Shown here piece after piece: positions 57,394-64,000 of a DNA stretch of 64,000 nucleotides. The translations under genes and the position numbers were made by a program. How positions within the stretch are numbered: the first letter of the stretch is position 1; every line of letters starts with the position of its first letter. This DNA comes from Treponema sp. Its GTDB lineage: Bacteria; Spirochaetota; Spirochaetia; Treponematales; Treponemataceae. The DNA is taken from NCBI GenBank assembly GCA_052169955.1, contig JBQNBL010000013.1, forward strand, positions 71-64,070, written 5' to 3'. A model generated the notes under the pieces. The model was not told where the DNA came from. It ran no database searches and was given only the letters and a program-made list of their open reading frames with translations.

Positions 57394-58710
57394 ATGGAAG
57401 TTTATGTTGAAGAGGCAGTCACTGAGGATGAATGTCTGAAGAAAATCTATCGAAAATATGGAAAAGATGTTAATATTATTCGCAAGCATGTTAAAGTAGT
57501 GCCTCGTTTGTTTGGTATTCTTGAAAAGGAACTTTGTGAGGTTTCTTTTAGTTTGCCTGCACCTAATCGGATTATAACGTCTGATATTCAAAATAAAAAT
57601 TATGAGAAGAATGTAGCATTGATAGAGGCTCATGCAAAACGTATTAGAGATACTGAAGAGAAAAAGCTAGAAGAGCCTACTCTTAATAGACTTAGTGGGA
57701 ATCAGAATGTTTTTGCAAGTGTTGAAAATGATTTTTCTGAAAAATTAAAAGAAATAGTTGAAGAAATTGCTGTAAAAATTAATCCTAATACTTTGAAACC
57801 AAAAGACCATGAAAATTTGGAAAAAATTAAAGCTATACTTAAAGATAATGATTTTTCAGATGAATATATTGATACTTTGGTTGAAACAATAAAAAAAGAA
57901 GTTACTGTTGAAACGTTGGAAGCTTACTCTATTCTTTCTAAGAAGATTTTGGATTATATTGCGGCATCTATTAATACTAAAGATTTTGAACCTGTACCAA
58001 AAAAGAAAGTCATTGTCTTTGTAGGTCCTACAGGTGTCGGAAAAACCACATCTCTTTTTAAGCTTGCTGCTTTGCATTTTGTTCACGTTCAAAATGAAAG
58101 ACAGGCACAACCTAAAATTCATGTGATAACTACTGATGGATATAAGATAGGAGCCGTACCTCATATAGAGAAATATTGTGCATGTATGTCATTATCTTTT
58201 AGTGTTGTTGACACTCCTAATGAATTAAGAAATGTTATTAATCTAAATAAAGATTCGATGGATTTATTGTTTGTTGACTCTTCAGGACGAAATCCTAACG
58301 ATAAAATGCAACTTGCAGAGGTTCAAAAGTTCCTATCTGCGATAGATAAAGATTTATTAGAAGTTCATCTAGTTGTTAATGCTGGCTCAAAGATGAAAGA
58401 TATTGAGTTGATTATGGATAAGTATCAATGTTGTAATTATGATTATGTGATAGTGAGTAAACTAGATGAGACTACTGATGCAGGAAATGTTGTGAGCGTG
58501 CTTTCAAAGAGAGGAGTACCTATTTCTTATATTACTACCGGTCAAAAGGTACCTACCCATATTAGTTTTGCTTCTAGGCGAAATATACTTAAAAAACTAA
58601 AAGGCTTTGAGAAAGAAACTGAATATATTGATGAGAATTACGGTGATGATAATTCATTATTTGGAGATAATATATGGTTGACCAAGCGGAAGATTTACGA
58701 AAACTCATGA
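57394..58710 (+). CDS. flhF: flagellar biosynthesis SRP-family GTPase
   Basis: GPTGVGKTT, DGYKIGA, DSSGR, SKLDET, TTGQKVP. Confidence 0.9.
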   Translation: MEVYVEEAVTEDECLKKIYRKYGKDVNIIRKHVKVVPRLFGILEKELCEVSFSLPAPNRIITSDIQNKNYEKNVALIEAHAKRIRDTEEKKLEEPTLNRLSGNQNVFASVENDFSEKLKEIVEEIAVKINPNTLKPKDHENLEKIKAILKDNDFSDEYIDTLVETIKKEVTVETLEAYSILSKKILDYIAASINTKDFEPVPKKKVIVFVGPTGVGKTTSLFKLAALHFVHVQNERQAQPKIHVITTDGYKIGAVPHIEKYCACMSLSFSVVDTPNELRNVINLNKDSMDLLFVDSSGRNPNDKMQLAEVQKFLSAIDKDLLEVHLVVNAGSKMKDIELIMDKYQCCNYDYVIVSKLDETTDAGNVVSVLSKRGVPISYITTGQKVPTHISFASRRNILKKLKGFEKETEYIDENYGDDNSLFGDNIWLTKRKIYENS

Positions 58711-59558
58711 AAGAGAAAAAGGAAGAGCTGGAAGAAATAAAAAACACTAACAAGAAGAAAACTCGTATAATCTCTGTAACAAGTGGAAAAGGTGGTGTGG
58801 GTAAAACTAATATTGCTATAAATCTAGGTCTAGCTTATGCAAAGATAGGTAAGAGCGTTGTTATAATAGATGCTGATTTAGGCTTGGCTAATGCAAACAT
58901 TATTTTAGGAACTACACCAGAGTATAATTTGTATCATGTGATTCGCAAAAAGAAACATATGAAAGATATCATAATTGATACAAGTTATGGAGTAAAGTTG
59001 GTTGCTGGGGCATCGGGTTTTTCTGAAATTGCAAATATGACAGAAGAAGATAGGACTCATTTTATTAATGAGTTGTATGAACTTGCGAACGCAGATATTA
59101 TTATCATAGATACGAGCGCAGGAATATCACGAAATGTTTTGTCATTTCTTGAAGCGAGTGATGAAGTTTTGGTGGTTACTACTACAGAACCTACATCTAT
59201 TGCAGATGCTTATGGCATAATAAAAACAGTGGCTAAAGAGATTGATAATTGCGACATAAATTTAAAGCTTATTGTCAATAGGGTTGCTTCTGCTCAAGAT
59301 TCAAAAGAAATTGCTGAAAGAATAATTCATATAGCGAGTCAATTCTTGAATGTGAAGGTTGAATATCTAGGTTTTATATATAATGATGATGCAGTTTTTA
59401 ATGCTGTTTCGGTTCAAAAACCTTTTTTTATTCATGCTCCTTCTTCAAAAGCTTCTAGCTGTTTAAAGCATATAGTTGCAAAACTTGAAAAAGTGGAATA
59501 TAATGAAGTAAGTGGTGGTTTTTCTAAATTCTTAAAAAAGCTGTTTACACGCAAGTAA
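58674..59558 (+). CDS. flhG: flagellar number regulator, MinD-like ATPase
   Basis: N-terminal DQAEDLR, SGKGGVGKT, DADLGLAN, EPTSIADAY, C-terminal amphipathic FSKFLKKLF. Confidence 0.92.
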   Translation: MVDQAEDLRKLMKEKKEELEEIKNTNKKKTRIISVTSGKGGVGKTNIAINLGLAYAKIGKSVVIIDADLGLANANIILGTTPEYNLYHVIRKKKHMKDIIIDTSYGVKLVAGASGFSEIANMTEEDRTHFINELYELANADIIIIDTSAGISRNVLSFLEASDEVLVVTTTEPTSIADAYGIIKTVAKEIDNCDINLKLIVNRVASAQDSKEIAERIIHIASQFLNVKVEYLGFIYNDDAVFNAVSVQKPFFIHAPSSKASSCLKHIVAKLEKVEYNEVSGGFSKFLKKLFTRK

Positions 59559-59601
59559 TGTTGTTCTTTAGCTATTTTTAATAGGGGTTTCTTATTTTTG
59601 T

Positions 59602-60342
59602 ATGTCACGACTGAGGATGCTTTTAATTTCTTCTTTTACAGTTTTTGTTATATGTGTGTTGTTGGCTTTTTTTAATGGTTCTTCAATATTGTGGAGTCTT
59701 TTTAAGGCTTTTGTTTCAACTTGTTTGGCTGTGGTGTTCATGCTTGTTGCAAACTTTTTTTTAGCCAAGTATATTCCTGATTTTTTTGAAGGTGGAGCTA
59801 AGGTGGATGAAGTTGATACTACTACGATTGGCTCTAATCTAAACATAAGAATTAATGATGAAAATCTTTCTCCCATTGAACAACCAGATGAAACACCTCC
59901 AAATGAAGAGTCTTTTTCAAAATCTAATCTTGAACTAAGTGATGGTATTAATGAAAATGAGAGTGTTGTTGATGAGCCTTTATCTTCTCCTCTTCAGCCA
60001 CTAAGTCTTTCTAGTGAAGATGATGGAGAGGAGGCTAATTTACATACTGATAACGAGCAGAAAGCTGATTTGGAGGTGAGTGTTCCATCTCATGTTGATG
60101 AAACCAATCTATCTGAATCTGAAATGTCTGAAGCAATTGAAAAAGATGTGGATAGGTTAGAAGAACTTCCTGATTTACAAGAGTTTGTAGATACTTCTAA
60201 TTTGCAGACTGAACAAACTAGAGGGGAAGAGCTTATGAATACAGGAACTCAATCATTTTTTGCTACAGATTTGTCGGAAGATGTTTCGGATACGAATTTA
60301 ATGGCAAAGGCTGTTAGGACTGTGCTTAAAAGAGAAGTTTGA
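59602..60342 (+). CDS. membrane-anchored acidic hypothetical protein in the flagellar operon
   Basis: Two TMs, acidic tail, terminal MAKAVRTVL. Confidence 0.75.
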   Translation: MSRLRMLLISSFTVFVICVLLAFFNGSSILWSLFKAFVSTCLAVVFMLVANFFLAKYIPDFFEGGAKVDEVDTTTIGSNLNIRINDENLSPIEQPDETPPNEESFSKSNLELSDGINENESVVDEPLSSPLQPLSLSSEDDGEEANLHTDNEQKADLEVSVPSHVDETNLSESEMSEAIEKDVDRLEELPDLQEFVDTSNLQTEQTRGEELMNTGTQSFFATDLSEDVSDTNLMAKAVRTVLKREV

Positions 60343-60381
60343 AAATGTTGAAAGATTTTTGGGAAAGAGGAAATTAATTGG

Positions 60382-61170
60382 ATGGAAAGCAAAGACTTTG
60401 ATAGCATGACGGAAGATGCGTTGTGGGATGAATATAAAAAAACTAGAGATCCTAAACTTAGAGAATACTTTATATTAAAGTATGCTTCTATGGTTAAATT
60501 TGTTGCAGGGAAAATTGCTGTAGGAATGCCTAGTAGTGTTGAGTTTGATGATTTAGTAGGGTATGGTGTTTTTGGACTTTTAGATGCTATTGAAAAATAT
60601 GATTCAAGTAAAAAGGTGAAATTTTCTACATATGCAGTGGCTAGAATTAGAGGTGCTATTTTTGATGAGTTGCGTTCAATTGATTGGGTTCCTCGTTCTG
60701 TAAGGCAAAAAGCTAGAGAAATTGAAGAGACAATAGCAAATCTTGAAGGTAAGTTGGGGCGAGCTGCTACTAATGAAGAAATTGCTACAGGTATGAATAT
60801 GAATTTAGAGGATTATAATCAGTTGTTACTGAAGGTTTCTTCTACTACGCTTCTATCTTTAGCCGATACTAGATATAAGAGTGATGACTCTGATAAGTTA
60901 TCATTGGGAGATAGTATTGAAGCTCCTTCTTCTATGAATCCTGATGTTGTAGTTGAAAGAGAAGTGGTGAAAAAAATAATTATAGATGCTATATGTCAGC
61001 TTCCTGAGCGTGAAAAACAAGTTCTTATCATGTACTACTATGAGAGTATGACATTACGCGAAATTGGTGAAGTGTTGAATGTTACGGAGTCGAGAGTTTC
61101 TCAAATACATACAAGTGCTAGTTTGAAATTAAAGAGTAAACTTAGTGGTGTTATAAAGACATCTTTATAA
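60382..61170 (+). CDS. fliA: RNA polymerase sigma-28 (FliA/WhiG)
   Basis: DDLVGYGVFGLLDAIEKYD, FSTYAVARIRGAIFDELRSIDWVPRSVR, TLREIGEVLNVTESRVSQIH. Confidence 0.95.
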   Translation: MESKDFDSMTEDALWDEYKKTRDPKLREYFILKYASMVKFVAGKIAVGMPSSVEFDDLVGYGVFGLLDAIEKYDSSKKVKFSTYAVARIRGAIFDELRSIDWVPRSVRQKAREIEETIANLEGKLGRAATNEEIATGMNMNLEDYNQLLLKVSSTTLLSLADTRYKSDDSDKLSLGDSIEAPSSMNPDVVVEREVVKKIIIDAICQLPEREKQVLIMYYYESMTLREIGEVLNVTESRVSQIHTSASLKLKSKLSGVIKTSL

Positions 61171-61195
61171 GGTTTAAGTAGGGTTAATAGGCATT

Positions 61196-63169
61196 ATGAT
61201 TGAAATTGAACAGATTAAACAAAAAATGAGTGAATTGCATGAAGAGGATTCTGGTAGGTTTTTTGTGGAAGTTGAGGGGAGTTCTCTTGATGAAGCTTTA
61301 TCTAATGCTGCAACTCAGTTAGGAGTTTCTAAATCTCGTATTGATTACGAAGTAGTTCAAAAGGGAGTGCAAGGTGTTTTTGCTCTTTTTCCTAAAAAAT
61401 GGCGATTGATAGCCTATGAGCTTGCTAGAAATGTTAGTAAGATAGATACGAAAATTGGCGAAGACGGAGATGAATCGGGAGTTGAGCAGACACAGGTTAT
61501 TGAAACGAAAGATGGAGATGCTTTTGTGTTTAGAGCTCCCGATGGCGTTTATTTAAAAGTTATTCCACCTAAAGGTGAAGGAAAACCTGCTGGTTTAAAT
61601 ACTGTTATAGAAAAATTTAATGCAAAGGCATTACCTATTCCAAATGAAGAGGTTATCGCACCAGTTTTAACTGCTGCTTCGGCTGAGTATGTTAAGGTTG
61701 CTCCTTATGACAGGGTTTTAGGTCATGATGCTACTATGGCAGTTGAAATTAGTGAAGATGAAATGAAAGCATATTTATATGTTTTGCCTCCAACGCAGGG
61801 AGGAATTGATTTATCTAGTGACACTATAGTTGCGTTTTTGAAAAATAATAGAGTTATAGTTGGAATAAATGAAGAATATGTATCTGCGTTCCAAGATTCT
61901 CCAGTTTATAAGGAAAATTATTTGGTTGCGGAAGGAATTTTACCAAAACATGGTGCTGATGCTAAGATTAAATATAATTTTGAAGTTGATAACACTCATG
62001 TTAGACTAAAAGAGACTAAATCTGGGCAGATCAATTTTAAGGAACTTAATTTGATTGAAAATGTTGTTGTGGGACAGCCACTTGCTCAGAAAATTCCAGC
62101 TGAGAGAGGACAAGGGGGGAAGACTGTAACGGGTAAATATCTTGAAGCTAATAATGGAAAAGATATTCCTTTGCCTCTTGGAAAAAATACAGAATTGGCA
62201 GATGATGGGCTTACAATTCTTGCAACAGTTAGTGGACAAGTCCTTTTAGTGAAGAATAAGATTAATGTTGAGGAAGTACACGTAGTTGAGGGAGATGTTT
62301 CTATAAAAACTGGTGACTTTACTTTCTTGGGAACTGTTATCGTTAATGGAAATGTTGATGATGGTTATTCCGTTAAGGCTAGTGGAAATATAGAGGTAAA
62401 AGGTACTGTCGGAGCTGCTGACCTTGATGCTGAAGGAGATATAGTTGTAGGACAAGGTATTGTTGGAAAAGATTCTGGCAATATTAGAGCTGGAAAATCT
62501 ATATGGAGTAAATTTATCCAGAATACTAAAAAGGTTGAAGCAGGAGATATGGTTATTGTTACTGATGGTATAATGAACTCCAATGTTATGGCAAATAGGA
62601 AGATAATTTGTAGAGGAAAGAAAGGCAATATCATTGGGGGAGAATTAAGTGCATCTGAATCTGTTTCAGCTAAAACTATAGGAAGTAAGTCAGCCGGAAA
62701 TGATACAGTTATTAGCGTTGGATTTGATCCTAAAAGTAAAGAAAGACTTAACTTTCTTCTTGCAAAACAAGATTTTGATGGGAAGAATTTAAGTGATGTT
62801 AAACTTAATTTGAGAAGTCTTGAAGAAACTAAGAAAAGGCGAGGCGGGTTACCTACGGGTAAAGAGGAAGCATATCAAAAGTTATTGCAAGATAAGCATA
62901 CACTTGAAACTGAAGTGCAGAGAACAGAAAAGGAGATTGAGCAAATTAAGTCTTACATGGATGGTTTAAAGAATGATGGTAGAGTTTCTGCTAGCGGAGA
63001 TGTCTATGCTGGGGTAAGAATAGTGATTCGTGACTCTATTGAAGATGTGCGTTCTGATTGTAAAGCTGTGACTTTCTATTTAGATAATGGCTTTGTTAGA
63101 TATGGTAAATATCAAGATGATGATCAAGAAGACGCAAAGAAGGTGCCTAGTGGGTATTCAGCCGATTGA
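61196..63169 (+). CDS. FapA (DUF342) family protein with N-terminal Jag_N-like domain
   Basis: EGSSLDEALSNA..LGV..DYEVVQKG; ISEDEMKAY; GKTVTG; GDV beta-helix repeats. Confidence 0.85.
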   Translation: MIEIEQIKQKMSELHEEDSGRFFVEVEGSSLDEALSNAATQLGVSKSRIDYEVVQKGVQGVFALFPKKWRLIAYELARNVSKIDTKIGEDGDESGVEQTQVIETKDGDAFVFRAPDGVYLKVIPPKGEGKPAGLNTVIEKFNAKALPIPNEEVIAPVLTAASAEYVKVAPYDRVLGHDATMAVEISEDEMKAYLYVLPPTQGGIDLSSDTIVAFLKNNRVIVGINEEYVSAFQDSPVYKENYLVAEGILPKHGADAKIKYNFEVDNTHVRLKETKSGQINFKELNLIENVVVGQPLAQKIPAERGQGGKTVTGKYLEANNGKDIPLPLGKNTELADDGLTILATVSGQVLLVKNKINVEEVHVVEGDVSIKTGDFTFLGTVIVNGNVDDGYSVKASGNIEVKGTVGAADLDAEGDIVVGQGIVGKDSGNIRAGKSIWSKFIQNTKKVEAGDMVIVTDGIMNSNVMANRKIICRGKKGNIIGGELSASESVSAKTIGSKSAGNDTVISVGFDPKSKERLNFLLAKQDFDGKNLSDVKLNLRSLEETKKRRGGLPTGKEEAYQKLLQDKHTLETEVQRTEKEIEQIKSYMDGLKNDGRVSASGDVYAGVRIVIRDSIEDVRSDCKAVTFYLDNGFVRYGKYQDDDQEDAKKVPSGYSAD

Positions 63170-63476
63170 TTTACAAACACTTTATTCTCAAATGGAAAAG
63201 GTGGGTAAGCAACAAGGAGCTGAACAAAGTGGAATTGTTGCCAACAGAGAAAGACAGCAGGAAGCTAATAGAGTTGATAGTGAGAGAAGACTTAATACTG
63301 TGAAGTCATCTGAGTCTATAAATCATGAGAAAATTAGTATTGATGATAATACAAGTTCTAAAGGTTCTATGTATAATCAAAGACATAAAAAAGAGAAGTC
63401 TGAAAATGAAGATGAGAATGAGGAAAATTATATTAAAGACCCTAAATTAGGTGCTAGGGTGGATATCTCTGGGTAA
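63150..63476 (+). CDS. hypothetical protein
   Basis: GTG start giving MGIQPIDLQTLY...DPKLGARVDISG. Confidence 0.7.
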   Translation: MGIQPIDLQTLYSQMEKVGKQQGAEQSGIVANRERQQEANRVDSERRLNTVKSSESINHEKISIDDNTSSKGSMYNQRHKKEKSENEDENEENYIKDPKLGARVDISG

Positions 63477-63482
63477 TGGGTG

Positions 63483-64000
63483 ATGTTTGTAACTTCGATT
63501 GTTTTATTGATTATTAATATTCTATTAATGTTCTTTTTCTTTTTCAAAATGAAAAAGCAGTTTTCAGTTGAGGCATATGAAGCTTTAATGAGAGAACGAG
63601 TGCGTCCCATTTTAATGGATTTTAATTTACAAATAGATCAAGCTATAACGATACTAGAAGATAAGATGAATGAATTAAAAGGTTTAATTTCTGATGCGGA
63701 TGGTCGTTTTAATGCTTTATCTCGAAAAATTGAAGCTATGGATAAAGTTCAAATCCTTGAAAAGAATGCTTTTTCAGCAAAAACTAATGAGCAGATTGTC
63801 CAGCCAATTGTTAATAATGTTGTTAAAGAAGATGAAGTTGTAATTTATTCAGGACGTGAAGATTTTGCAAAAAAAGATGAACTTAATAGAAGACGAATTG
63901 TTGAGATGTCAAAAAGTGGATGGTCAAATGAGTATATTGCACAAGAATTATCCCTTCCTTTGGCAGAAGTTGAACTTATCCTATTTATGGAAAATAGAGG
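63483..64000 (+). CDS. hypothetical protein (TM + coiled coil + C-terminal HTH-like), runs off the window end
   Basis: Open frame MFVTSIVLLII...GWSNEYIAQELSLPLAEVELIL; no stop before 64000. Confidence 0.75.
   Translation, partial: MFVTSIVLLIINILLMFFFFFKMKKQFSVEAYEALMRERVRPILMDFNLQIDQAITILEDKMNELKGLISDADGRFNALSRKIEAMDKVQILEKNAFSAKTNEQIVQPIVNNVVKEDEVVIYSGREDFAKKDELNRRRIVEMSKSGWSNEYIAQELSLPLAEVELILFMENR

Overview
AT-rich, gene-dense chromosomal window from a spirochaete, most likely a Treponema. The basis is the flhF-flhG-hyp-fliA-fapA block, a PrcA-like lipoprotein, spirochaetal lipoboxes and an Asp-type MurA. The housekeeping backbone contains murA, lepA, tgt, queA, lgt, nadE, pntAa/pntAb/pntB, rsmD, ptsI, purN, an RluA-family synthase, carD, peptidoglycan enzymes, flagellar regulators and three tRNAs (Pro-TGG, Arg-TCT, Gly-TCC). 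Accessory or unusual content: (i) a three-gene surface module in which an outer-membrane beta-barrel is followed by a lipoprotein and a secreted protein that share a ~200-aa domain I cannot name; (ii) two inverted copies, 28 kb apart, of a ~170-190-bp non-coding element made of two kinds of palindrome on one unbroken 23-bp register; (iii) a PARIS-like ABC-ATPase + TOPRIM pair; (iv) PntB with a tandemly duplicated NADP(H)-binding domain, next to a NadE whose glutaminase triad appears lost; (v) frameshifts in simple repeats in an ABC transporter and in an Rpn nuclease; (vi) an orphan PrcA-like lipoprotein with three N-terminal repeats; (vii) a long rod-like hairpin that may be an ncRNA. No CRISPR array, rRNA or intact transposase was seen. 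All family calls come from motif recognition by eye, not database searches.
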